In this document: piece by piece, positions 1 to 9,053 of the stretch
How the letters are laid out: every line of letters starts with the position of its first letter
How positions within the stretch are numbered: position 1 is the first letter of the stretch
NCBI GenBank assembly: GCA_963702895.1
Contig: OY969767.1
Span: forward strand, 1,536,001 to 1,600,000
Direction: 5' to 3'
DNA from: an uncultured Elusimicrobia bacterium
Lineage (GTDB): Bacteria > Elusimicrobiota > Elusimicrobia > 2-01-FULL-59-12
Length of the DNA stretch: 64,000 bases
Notes under the pieces: model-generated
What the model saw: the letters and a program-made list of their open reading frames with translations, nothing else
The model's database searches: none
What the model was told of the DNA's origin: nothing
Position numbers and translations under genes: made by a program

Positions 1-305
1 ATCAACCGCGGGGCCAGTATGAAAGTTGGAAATTCAGGTGGTGCTCACCATGGGAATGTCGGCCGGCCGACGGGAAGCGGGAGGGCACTTGTCGGGCGTC
101 AAGCGACCCTGAGGGGCTGGCCTTGCTGGCGCCGTGTGTGGCCCCGATGCGGTTCTCGGCGCGACGCGCCGTAGCCTCTTCCCGACTCGGTATGCCGGCG
201 AAGTTCGCCAGCGCGCATGGCCTCGAGCCTTTTGCCCTTCCGATGACCGCTTCTCTTTCTTCGTGCTTGTCCTGACATCGAACCTCCCCTGGGGTTCTGA
301 ACGGC

Positions 306-992
306 TTAGTTTAGATGATTGCTCTCTACCCAATGCACCGCGTGTTGGGTGAGCTCGTGGGCATTGGCCAGATTCATCTTGATTTTGATATGGGCCCGGT
401 AGGACTCTACCGTTTTGACGCTGACGTGGAGTTCCTCCGCGATTTGGCGCGTCCCCCGCCCCTGACCGATCAATTGAAATACCTGCAATTCACGGTCGCT
501 CAAAGCCCCCTCGGGAAGAGTCCTCTCCTCCGACTTGCCCTCCGCCACTTTATGGAGCATTTTGGCGGACATCTTTTCGCTGAGGTAAATCTCCCCGGCC
601 AGAATGTGACGGATGGCCTTGAGCACTTCCTTCGACGCTTCTTGCTTCATAATGTAGCCCTTGGCCCCCGCCCGCAGCGCGCGCTCGGCGTAGAGGGACT
701 CCTCATGCATGGAAAGAACCAGGACCAGTGACTTCAGGGACCGCAATTTCATGTCTTTGATGAGGTCCAAGCCGTCCGAGCCGGCCAAAGTCAGATCCAA
801 GATCACGATGTCGGGTTTGAGGACCGGGATGGATTTTAAGGCTTGATGCGCCGCCGAGGCTTCTCCACAGACGTTTAAGTCCGTTTGGAGATTGATGAGG
901 CGCGCGAGCCCTTCCCGGAGAAGTGGATGATCATCCACGAGGAAGACCTTGACCTTCCGAGGCTTTGACTTAAGCGAGCGCGAGGTTCCCAC
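306..992 (-). CDS. NarL/LuxR-family DNA-binding response regulator
   Basis: REC domain (VFLVDDH, D in VILDL, GAKGYIMK) plus LuxR HTH (LSDRELQVFQLIGQG...TVESYRAHI). Likely GTG start at 992 after AGGA; the ORF track starts at 1061. Confidence 0.92.
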   Translation of the reverse strand: MGTSRSLKSKPRKVKVFLVDDHPLLREGLARLINLQTDLNVCGEASAAHQALKSIPVLKPDIVILDLTLAGSDGLDLIKDMKLRSLKSLVLVLSMHEESLYAERALRAGAKGYIMKQEASKEVLKAIRHILAGEIYLSEKMSAKMLHKVAEGKSEERTLPEGALSDRELQVFQLIGQGRGTRQIAEELHVSVKTVESYRAHIKIKMNLANAHELTQHAVHWVESNHLN

Positions 993-2148
993 GGCGTCCT
1001 TTCTTGGCTTGGCCTGGCTCGTCGGAAGAGCAGTGAAGTGAACAGGTGACCACGGTGCCACTATTATGACCTGGCCGGATTTGGAGGGCCCCGTTAATGG
1101 TTTCTGCGCGAGAACTCATGATCGAGAGGCCCAGGCCGCCCTTACGAATGACTCCTGGCGCGATCCCTCTGCCATCATCGGTGACGGAGAGGATGACTTG
1201 ACCGTTCGTCTCCGAGAGCCGGATGACAATGTGCTTGGCCCTTGCGTGCTTTACGGCGTTGGTGACAGCTTCCTGCGCGATGCGATAAAGGTGCACGGCG
1301 AGCGCTCGATCGCGAATCATCACCGGCTTTCTCCCCTCCGTACAACAGGAGATGTGCGTCAACTTCTCAGTTGTGGCCGCCAGGTCCTCCAGCGCCGACA
1401 TGAGACCGTGGGCTTCGAGTTCGACAGGAAGAAGCCCTTTGGCGAGCAATCTCGTCTGCACAATCGCCTGCGCGATGAGCTGGTGAATCTCGCCGACGTC
1501 AGCGGCTTCCGCCAAGGATTTATCCGAGAGTTTCTTTTCCAACACCTCACTCAGAAGCGTGATCGCGGTCAGCTGTTGGCAGAGATCATCGTGCAGGTCC
1601 TGTCCGATCCGCTGTTGCTCTCGGCCGCTAATTTCCAGGATTTCCTTCTGCAGACGTTTGCGTTCGGTGATATCGCGGATGATGGTCGTAAAAAAGACTC
1701 TGTCCCCGAGCGCCCAGGTCAAAAGCGAGAGTTCAACAGGGAATCGGTGTCCATCCGCGCGGATCGCTCTTAGTTCGTGCGTCTTCCTGTCTATGGGAGC
1801 AGCCTTGCTGAAGAGGATGTGCTCCAGCTTACCCTCGCGCAGCGCGCTCGTTTGCATGGGGATCAAAAGAGCAAGGGGCCTTCCGACAATTTCTTTTTCG
1901 GCGTAACCAAAGATGGTCTCAGCACCTTCATTCCAAAACATAATATTCCCGCGTGCATCCGTGATCACAATCGCCTCATCGACCGATTGGGTGACCGAGC
2001 GGAATTCAAGTGCCGCTCGGGAACCGGCGGCAGACGTGATGCGTATGGATTTACTTTTGACAGGCAGAGAAGAGAGATCGTAACGTTCCGTTCGCCTTGG
2101 AGCGCGCTCAACGGAAGGGCGGGGTCGATGCTGCGGCTTCAATTTCAT
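970..2148 (-). CDS. PAS-domain sensor histidine kinase (HisKA_3/HATPase_c)
   Basis: PAS (IMFWNEGAETIFGY), H-box EQQRIGQDLHDDLCQ, QEAVTNAVKH, DDGRG, GLGL. Overlaps the regulator start. Confidence 0.92.
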   Translation of the reverse strand: MKLKPQHRPRPSVERAPRRTERYDLSSLPVKSKSIRITSAAGSRAALEFRSVTQSVDEAIVITDARGNIMFWNEGAETIFGYAEKEIVGRPLALLIPMQTSALREGKLEHILFSKAAPIDRKTHELRAIRADGHRFPVELSLLTWALGDRVFFTTIIRDITERKRLQKEILEISGREQQRIGQDLHDDLCQQLTAITLLSEVLEKKLSDKSLAEAADVGEIHQLIAQAIVQTRLLAKGLLPVELEAHGLMSALEDLAATTEKLTHISCCTEGRKPVMIRDRALAVHLYRIAQEAVTNAVKHARAKHIVIRLSETNGQVILSVTDDGRGIAPGVIRKGGLGLSIMSSRAETINGALQIRPGHNSGTVVTCSLHCSSDEPGQAKKGRRGNLALA

Positions 2149-2484
2149 AGAAGTTCCTTGACGTGTCGTTCTTGGTTCCTTATCCGAGCGTTATACATAA
2201 GCGCCTGCTCGCTGGGTGGCAGGCTTGGCTGTCTAATGAGGGCGAGCCTTTGGCAGAAGCTCACGCGTCTAGCCCGCTAGCCGGCCCGGTGCGATTGAAG
2301 AGAAGCATTTCTATTTTAACATCTCCTCGCCAAGAAACAGGAGCTCTTCTGGACTGAAACGCTTGCTCAAAGCTGCCTCGATTCTCCTCCTTCGATACCT
2401 TTATGGTATGCAAGAACGCCCCGAGAGGCTATCCGGGGTGAAGCTATTTTTCACGTACGTCAAACCCCTATTCGTGAGGGAGTA

Positions 2485-2590
2485 CCGGCGAATCGGGGAA
2501 CCGGCGAAACAGCGAGACGGGGAATAGGCGACTTCATGATCCTGTGATGCTGCGAAGCGCCGAATCCCGGGTGCGCCGATTCGCCGACAC
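2485..2590. repeat. Degenerate octamer repeat tract (GGCGAATC/CGCCGATT-like) with inverted arm
   Basis: ggcgaatcggggaaccggcgaaacagcgagacggggaataggcg followed by cgccgaatcc/cgccgattcgccga. Confidence 0.5.
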
Positions 2591-2604
2591 GATCATTCTG
2601 CCTC

Positions 2605-3363
2605 TCAGAAGCGGTGAGTGACGAGCACACCGTGCGGGGAGATCGCGATCGTCGTCGCGCGCTCGCGCGCCTTACGGTGGGATTGCCAGACCGCGTGGGC
2701 GGCGTTGGCGCCCAGCCAAGCCCCGAAAAATACATCCGAAGCGTAATGTTTGTTCGCCTCTATCCGTGAGAAGGCGATGAAAGCCGCTCCGGCATAAGCC
2801 GGCACCCCGGCCCATAGGCCATGGCGGAGCTGTAGCGTGGTGGCGATCGAAAACGCCCCCGCGGAATGATACGAAGGAAATGAAAAGGAGTCGGAACCGT
2901 CCGGTCGCTCGCGTCCGACGATTGGCTTAAGCGTCAGGACGCTTAAAGACGCGATAGACCATCCTTCAAACATCTGCGCGGTCGTCTCGACGATCTCGGG
3001 TTTCTCCCCCACCCGGCCGCACAAGTAGAGAGCCCCCATCATCCCCACTTCCGTGTAAGCCGCACCGAGCACGTCACCCACATGCGTCCAATCCTGACCG
3101 AGAGGCTGTTTATCTTGTACATGTTCTTGGATAGCTGCATCCTGGTTATGCAAGACCAGCGTGAGCGGCCCTCCGGCGAGTCCCAGTGCGGCCAGATGCG
3201 TCCCGGTATAAGCGGTCTTCGTTCCCGCCCACAGATTCCGCCAAAGCGGCCCAGCGAAATAGGTTGTTTCAGCAGTTTGCTCGCCCCAGGCCAACGGAAC
3301 GGCGAACAAGACAGTTGCGACGACATAACCGGCGATGGGCTTGCGGGCAGTCACGGCACCCAT
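2605..3363 (-). CDS. PAP2-family phosphatase, membrane/exported
   Basis: Motifs KxxxGRERP, SFPSYH and SRIEANKHYASDV; N-terminal signal-like segment. Confidence 0.88.
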   Translation of the reverse strand: MGAVTARKPIAGYVVATVLFAVPLAWGEQTAETTYFAGPLWRNLWAGTKTAYTGTHLAALGLAGGPLTLVLHNQDAAIQEHVQDKQPLGQDWTHVGDVLGAAYTEVGMMGALYLCGRVGEKPEIVETTAQMFEGWSIASLSVLTLKPIVGRERPDGSDSFSFPSYHSAGAFSIATTLQLRHGLWAGVPAYAGAAFIAFSRIEANKHYASDVFFGAWLGANAAHAVWQSHRKARERATTIAISPHGVLVTHRF

Positions 3364-3456
3364 TGTCTATCGTTCATACTGACAACGCAAGCATCGAAGT
3401 CACAGTCCCGAGTATCTCCCCTGACAAGGGCCCTGCCGATATGCCATCATCGGTAG

Positions 3457-5739
3457 GTGAAGCCCCGTTCTGAAATTAGGAAGATCGCCTTCTTAGGAGA
3501 TTACCTGCCACGGCGATGCGGCATCGCCACCTTCACGACGGATTTGTGCAACTCGGTGGCGGCCCAATTTCCCAAGCTGCAATGCTTTTCGGTTCCCGTC
3601 AACGATGTGGCGCAAGGCTACGACTACCCACCGGAGGTCCGCTTCGAAATTGAAGAGCAGAACCTGGCCTCCTATCGCCGGGCGGCGGATTTCTTAGGCA
3701 TTAGCGACGTGGACGTGCTCTCGGTTCAGCACGAGTTCGGCATCTACGGTGGAACGGCGGGCGGGCACCTGTTGGCTCTCCTACGCGAGGTCAACCTTCC
3801 CATCGTGACCACTCTGCACACCGTGCTCAAGGATCCCAACGCCGATCAAAAGCGTGTGATGAAGGAGCTCATTCACCTCTCCACGCGCCTGGTGGTCATG
3901 TCTCAAAAAGGAGAAGGTTTTCTTCGGGATATTTACAAGGCGCCCCCCGCCAAGATCGACTTGATCCCCCACGGCATCCCGGAAACCTCCTTTGTCGATT
4001 CCGGATTTTACAAGGACCTCTTTGGCGTTGAAGGAAAGCAGGTGCTCTTGACGTTCGGGCTGCTCTCGCCGAACAAGGGCATCGAAAACGTCCTCAACGC
4101 CCTCCCCAAAATCGTCTCGGAGATCCCCAACGTGGTGTACATCGTACTGGGGGCCACCCATCCGCATCTGTTGCGCGAAGAGGGCGAGTCATACCGGTTG
4201 AGCCTGGAGCTCTTGGCCGAAACAAACGGTGTTCAAAAGAACGTGATCTTCTACAACCGCTTCGTGGAATTGCCCGAGCTCAAAGAGTTTATCGGCGCCG
4301 CAGACATTTATATCACGCCCTATTTGAACGAGACTCAGATTACTTCGGGGACACTGGCCTACTGTTTCGGCGCCGGCAAGGCGGTGGTGTCCACACCCTA
4401 TTGGTACGCGCAGGAGCTCCTCGCGGAGGAGCGCGGCGTCTTGGTTCCCTTCCGCGACCCGCCTGCCATCGCCCGCGAAGTGATCGGGCTCTTGCGGGAC
4501 GATGTACGGCGTAATGCCATGCGCAAGAATGCCTACAAAATGGGACGAGAAATGGTCTGGGGCAACGTCGCCTGCTCCTACATGCAGACCTTTGAGAAAG
4601 CGCGGAACGAACGGGCGAGCCTCACGCGCAAACTGTTCACGGTGAAGACGCTCGATAAGCAGTTGAGCGAACTCCCTGAAATGAAGCTGGACCACCTCTA
4701 CCGGATGACGGACTCCACGGGTCTCTTTCAACATGCCATCGTCGCGGTACCAAACTTTTCCACCGGCTACTGCACCGATGACAATGCCCGCGCTCTGATT
4801 TTGTCGGTGCTCCTGGAGGAGCTGGGGGACGAATCCTCCCAGCTCCTGAACGCCGCCACCACCTACGCCGCTTTCGTCCAATACGCTTTCGATCCCAAAG
4901 TGAAGAGGTTCCGGAATATCATGGAATTTGACAGGTCTTGGAGGAAGGAAGACATCTCGGAAGACTGCTGCGGACGGGCCCTGTGGGCTCTGGGGACCTG
5001 TGTGGGACGCTCCAAGAACGTCGGTTTTCAAACCCTGGCGGGGCATGTCTTCGCTCAGGCGCTCGCGCCGGTGACCAGTTTCAGCTCGCCCCGCGCGTGG
5101 GCGCTTGCCTTGATGGGCGCCATCGAATACTTGCATCGGTTTAATGGCGACCGCCAGGTAAGCCAGGTGCGTGACGCCCTCACCGATCTCTTGATGGGGC
5201 TCTACAACCGAACGGCAACGCCTGAGTGGCCCTGGTTTGAAGACGCGGTCACCTACATGAACGCCGCGCTGCCCCATGCGCTGATTTTGAGCGGCCGGTG
5301 GAGCGCCCGGGCGAACGTTCTTGAGACAGGGTTGACCACCCTTCGTTGGCTCACCAAGATCCAGACCTCCGAAGGGGGCTATCTGCGTCCCATCGGATCC
5401 AATGGCTTCTATAAGCGCGGCGGCGAGCGGGCTCACTTTGACCAGCAACCGATCGAGGTTCAGGCGATGGTGTCTGCCTGCTTGGAAGCCTACCGGTGCA
5501 CCTCGGAGGATTTCTGGTTTAACCAGGCGCGCCGCGCCTTCGACTGGTTCTTGGGACGCAACGACCTGGGACTCTTCCTTTACGACCCCACGACCGGCGG
5601 CTGCCGGGACGGTCTTCATGTGGACCGTGTGAACCAGAATCAAGGGGCGGAATCGACCCTCGCGTTTCTCGTGTCGCTCGCGGAGATGCAGCAAGCGCAC
5701 AATGTGCTCGCGGCCTATCAAAACTTGCCGTCTTCTTAA
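3457..5739 (+). CDS. GT4 glycosyltransferase with C-terminal (alpha/alpha)-barrel-like domain
   Basis: PRRCGIATFT, QHEFGIYGG, FGLLSPNKGIE, SGTLAY...STPY; C-terminal GYCTDDNARAL, FDQQPIE, NQGAESTLAF. Confidence 0.88.
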   Translation: MKPRSEIRKIAFLGDYLPRRCGIATFTTDLCNSVAAQFPKLQCFSVPVNDVAQGYDYPPEVRFEIEEQNLASYRRAADFLGISDVDVLSVQHEFGIYGGTAGGHLLALLREVNLPIVTTLHTVLKDPNADQKRVMKELIHLSTRLVVMSQKGEGFLRDIYKAPPAKIDLIPHGIPETSFVDSGFYKDLFGVEGKQVLLTFGLLSPNKGIENVLNALPKIVSEIPNVVYIVLGATHPHLLREEGESYRLSLELLAETNGVQKNVIFYNRFVELPELKEFIGAADIYITPYLNETQITSGTLAYCFGAGKAVVSTPYWYAQELLAEERGVLVPFRDPPAIAREVIGLLRDDVRRNAMRKNAYKMGREMVWGNVACSYMQTFEKARNERASLTRKLFTVKTLDKQLSELPEMKLDHLYRMTDSTGLFQHAIVAVPNFSTGYCTDDNARALILSVLLEELGDESSQLLNAATTYAAFVQYAFDPKVKRFRNIMEFDRSWRKEDISEDCCGRALWALGTCVGRSKNVGFQTLAGHVFAQALAPVTSFSSPRAWALALMGAIEYLHRFNGDRQVSQVRDALTDLLMGLYNRTATPEWPWFEDAVTYMNAALPHALILSGRWSARANVLETGLTTLRWLTKIQTSEGGYLRPIGSNGFYKRGGERAHFDQQPIEVQAMVSACLEAYRCTSEDFWFNQARRAFDWFLGRNDLGLFLYDPTTGGCRDGLHVDRVNQNQGAESTLAFLVSLAEMQQAHNVLAAYQNLPSS

Positions 5740-5769
5740 GTGAAACTCTGCAGGCGCAAGGCCTGCTGC

Positions 5770-5857
5770 ACCCCTGCCCTCACCCCACCCTCTCCCGCGT
5801 GCACGCGGGAGAGGGAGAGGCCGAGCAACGCGAGAGCCGAGGGTGAGGGCACAGCCG
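5770..5857. repeat. CCCTCACCCC/CCCTCTCCC palindromic intergenic repeat, copy 1
   Basis: ccctcaccccaccctctcccgcgtgcacgcgggagaggg...gggtgagggcacagcc; related copy at 35705-35870. Confidence 0.65.
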
Positions 5858-5916
5858 TATGACGGCGGCTCCTCCGCACCCACTTGGGGTGCGGTAACCG
5901 CCAGAGGAATAGGGAA

Positions 5917-7395
5917 ATGAAACGACGATTTACCAACTCTCCCACCATCCAGGTCCACCGGACGACGATCCGGCTGACTCCGGATCAGCGTCGGGTTGTC
6001 TTGCGGCCCTTACGCTTGGGGACCGACGCCGAATATCACAAGATCATTCGTCGGGTCCTCTCGCTTCCGGAGAAGGACGTCCGCCGCACGCTCGATCAGG
6101 TGCTGGCGGATTTTTCTTCCCGCCACCGGCATTGGAGTGAGCGCGTCTTAGCGAGGTTCCGCCAGCTCGAGCATTTCCTGCCTGCCGGCGACAAGCTCTC
6201 GGAAGCGCGGAAACTTTTGATCGGGTCCTATTTCCTTTTCGAGTATTCCATCGAATCCGCGGGGCTTTTCAACCCCTCGATCCTCGCCCATCCGGACCAA
6301 TCGGCTCTGCCGCCTGGGAACCTGCGCTTTCTTCTGAGCCTCCGGTCCACGGGGGAGGGACATATCTCGTCTATTTCGTTTCGGAGCGGGGTCCTTGACG
6401 CCGAGAACCGAATTACCCTGGATCCCGCGTCGGGCTTTCTGTCCGAGCCAGAACTCCTTGAAAACGCCACTTACCACAAAGCACTTTTCGGTCGCAAAAT
6501 AGCGGAGATGGGACTCTCCGGCCGCCGGGTGGACCGCGTGATGGCCCAGCTGGGAGAGACGTTTACCTTAGATGAATTACGAAACCGTTTACGGGAGGCC
6601 CTCGGGAAAACGTCGCGGCGCCGGAGATTCGAGGATGATCCTGTCACCGGCGGCCTTTGGCTTTTGGCGAAGTGCAATTATGAAGTCCGATTCCCTCCAG
6701 ACCAGGACATTTCCGAAGGCGTGATCCTCCCGGTCACGCCCCTGCAAAGCAACGGCATCGAGGACGTCAGGCTGGTGGCGCATCAAGATGACCAGGGGAC
6801 AACAACGTACTACGCCACCTACACCGCCTACGACGGGCGCAACGTGCTCCCGCAGCTCTTTGTCACCGAGGACTTCCGGCATTTCAAATTCACGACCTTA
6901 AACGGTCCCGGCGCGCGGAACAAAGGCATGGCGCTATTCCCCCGCAAAATCAACGGACACTTCGCCATGCTCTCCCGGCATGACGGGGACAGCCTGTTTC
7001 TGAACTACTCCGACAACGTGCATTTCTGGCACGAGACGCGGCAGATGATCGCCCCGCTCTACCCTTGGGAGTTTTTGAAGATGGGCAACTGCGGTTCCCC
7101 GATCGAAACCTCAGCCGGATGGCTCGTCCTAACCCACGGGGTCGGTCCGGTGCGGCAATACTGTCTTGGCGCCTTTCTACTAGACCTGAAGGACCCTTCC
7201 CGGGTGATCGGGCGCTTGCGCGAACCCCTGATGCGCCCCGAAGGCCTTGAGCGGGAAGGCTACGTGCCCAATGTTCTCTACACGTGCGGAGCTCTCGTGC
7301 ATCAGGATCAGCTGGTTCTGCCCTACGGCATGTCCGACCGCGTCACAAGCTTCGCTCTCATCCCCCTGAACGACATCCTGTCCGCCATGTCCTGA
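5917..7395 (+). CDS. GH130-family glycoside phosphorylase/mannosidase
   Basis: FNPSI, NGIEDVRL, YYATYTAY, RNKGMALFPRK, GNCGSPI, EGYVPNVLYTCG. ATG at 5917 after GAGG/AGGGA. Confidence 0.88.
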   Translation: MKRRFTNSPTIQVHRTTIRLTPDQRRVVLRPLRLGTDAEYHKIIRRVLSLPEKDVRRTLDQVLADFSSRHRHWSERVLARFRQLEHFLPAGDKLSEARKLLIGSYFLFEYSIESAGLFNPSILAHPDQSALPPGNLRFLLSLRSTGEGHISSISFRSGVLDAENRITLDPASGFLSEPELLENATYHKALFGRKIAEMGLSGRRVDRVMAQLGETFTLDELRNRLREALGKTSRRRRFEDDPVTGGLWLLAKCNYEVRFPPDQDISEGVILPVTPLQSNGIEDVRLVAHQDDQGTTTYYATYTAYDGRNVLPQLFVTEDFRHFKFTTLNGPGARNKGMALFPRKINGHFAMLSRHDGDSLFLNYSDNVHFWHETRQMIAPLYPWEFLKMGNCGSPIETSAGWLVLTHGVGPVRQYCLGAFLLDLKDPSRVIGRLREPLMRPEGLEREGYVPNVLYTCGALVHQDQLVLPYGMSDRVTSFALIPLNDILSAMS

Positions 7396-7584
7396 CCCTT
7401 GGGGATCCGCAGCCTGGGGTAAGCCCCGGATCGAGAAAGCTCTATTTCCTAACAGGCTGCCGAAAAACTTCTCCGGAGGTCGTCATGGCGAGGACGGGCA
7501 TCCAACTGCTAAGCGCATTTAATTCGCCAATCTGTACTCTGCTGTTTCCGTCATGAACTCACTTAGACCTCCCTCTTAACCCTC

Positions 7585-8760
7585 TTAATCGATCAGTGAG
7601 GGCAGGTCCTGCCATGGAATGGCCTCGAACGACGCGGACAGTTTGAAGCGCCGAGGGGTTTGGCAAATGATGTAGCCGCGCTTGGCCGCGGGGTATTCGC
7701 GGAGAAACACTTCCAGATGGCGGGTGTCACGGAGCGAAGGGGCCGTGCTCCACTTCACTTCGATTGGAGTCAGGCGCCCATCGGACTGTAGGACCCAATC
7801 CACCTCCGGCCCATCCGGATCGCGCCAGAAGCGCAAAGTTGGATGAGGGACCTTATTACGTGACAGCCGGATGAGTTCTAACCCAACCCATTGTTCAAAG
7901 AGCTGTCCCCAGCGATCCTTCGGCGGTCGCGTCCCTTCATTGGCGGCTAGCCTTCGCACACCCAGATCAAACAGGAGATACCGCGGTGTTTTGGTCAATT
8001 TCTTACGCGTTTTGCTTTCGCTGTAGGACTCGACTCGTTCGGCGATCAAACAATCGTCCAGAATCTGATAGTAATCTGCGATCGTGGTGTGAGCGACGCC
8101 TATTTCTTGTGAGAGTTTTCTTAAATTGATGATTTGCCCGGATTCCGCTGCAGCTAATTCAAGGAACCGGGCGAAGGACGCCAGATTGCGGACGATGGAC
8201 TCTGCCCTTATCTCTTCCTCGAGATAGGTCGTGACATAGGAGGCGAGATCCGTTTCCTTGTCTTTGGGTGAGCGTATCTGGGTGATCCCCGGGAGATCTC
8301 CGTAGAGCAAACGGTTCTCAAGACCCCGCGATGGGTCTTCTCTCAGATGAAGCGGATCAAGACGAATCGCCACCACGCGTCCGGGCAACAAATTGACATC
8401 TGCTCCTCTGCGCAGCTTGCGGGCTGAAGAACCCGTGAGAACGAAAGAGGCTTTAGATTGATCAATGAGGCCCTGGATGACGTCCAGGAGAATAGGGGCT
8501 TTCTGGATTTCGTCGAGCACCACGAGCGGCCGGTCTCCATTCCGGGGCTTGAGCGACGCCACTTCACTTTTCAGGATTCCTGGATTTTTCTCGTAGCGCT
8601 GTCTTTCCGAGGGCTCCATCAGGGTCACGAAAAGATCGCTCTTCAGACGTTTCAAAAGCGTGGTCTTTCCAGTCTGGCGAGGACCGAGGAGTAGCACGCT
8701 CTTTTTCCGGCGCAACGCGGCCTGGACAAGAGCAGCCCCCGCCCTTTCAATGTATTCCAT
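7585..8760 (-). CDS. AAA_14 ATPase with C-terminal DUF4143 (PD-(D/E)xK-like) domain, paralog 1
   Basis: Walker A GPRQTGKT, Walker B VLDEIQK, TGSSARKL, YLLFDLGV, EVDWV...IEVK. Confidence 0.9.
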   Translation of the reverse strand: MEYIERAGAALVQAALRRKKSVLLLGPRQTGKTTLLKRLKSDLFVTLMEPSERQRYEKNPGILKSEVASLKPRNGDRPLVVLDEIQKAPILLDVIQGLIDQSKASFVLTGSSARKLRRGADVNLLPGRVVAIRLDPLHLREDPSRGLENRLLYGDLPGITQIRSPKDKETDLASYVTTYLEEEIRAESIVRNLASFARFLELAAAESGQIINLRKLSQEIGVAHTTIADYYQILDDCLIAERVESYSESKTRKKLTKTPRYLLFDLGVRRLAANEGTRPPKDRWGQLFEQWVGLELIRLSRNKVPHPTLRFWRDPDGPEVDWVLQSDGRLTPIEVKWSTAPSLRDTRHLEVFLREYPAAKRGYIICQTPRRFKLSASFEAIPWQDLPSLID

Positions 8761-9017
8761 AGGATCTATTTTCGCCGAATTTGGAGCCTTCGTCAACCCT
8801 TATCTTTCACGGGACTTTTCCTGAGCATGGTGGGCAGAATCACGGAAGATGCCTACCCCCCTAGGAGCGACTCAATCCTTCGATTGACAGATAATCTGAC
8901 TAAATATCAACTTGCCTTATGATTAAGCGTGACGATTATGTAAGAGGATAAAGTCTTCTATGAGTCATGGAATAACCGTCTTAAATATCCATTTCGAGGA
9001 TCAAATAACCGTCTTTT

Positions 9018-9047
9018 TTGGCAAGTTTCGGAAATATTGATTATAAT
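9018..9047 (+). promoter_or_regulatory. Sigma70-like promoter of AAA paralog 2 (probably leaderless)
   Basis: TTGGCA-N18-TATAAT, 6 nt before ATG 9054. The -10 lies in the palindrome TGATTATAATCA. 12-bp direct repeats AATAACCGTCTT at 8971 and 9004. Confidence 0.55.
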
Positions 9048-9053
9048 CACTCC

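Noticed and set aside
1..305. Short ORFs at the window start
   Set aside because: No recognisable motif or clear start signal in any frame
2461..2484. Possible NarL-type operator (acccctattcgtgagggagt)
   Set aside because: Weak, imperfect palindrome with no clear second instance
4189..5958. 589-aa antisense ORF, and similar long shadow ORFs such as 41694..42908 and 49481..50317
   Set aside because: They lie opposite well-supported genes in GC-rich DNA and show no recognisable motifs
7449..7495. Possible IS/MITE end (ctaacaggctgccgaaaaa)
   Set aside because: Only one end is visible; no partner inverted repeat or second copy was found
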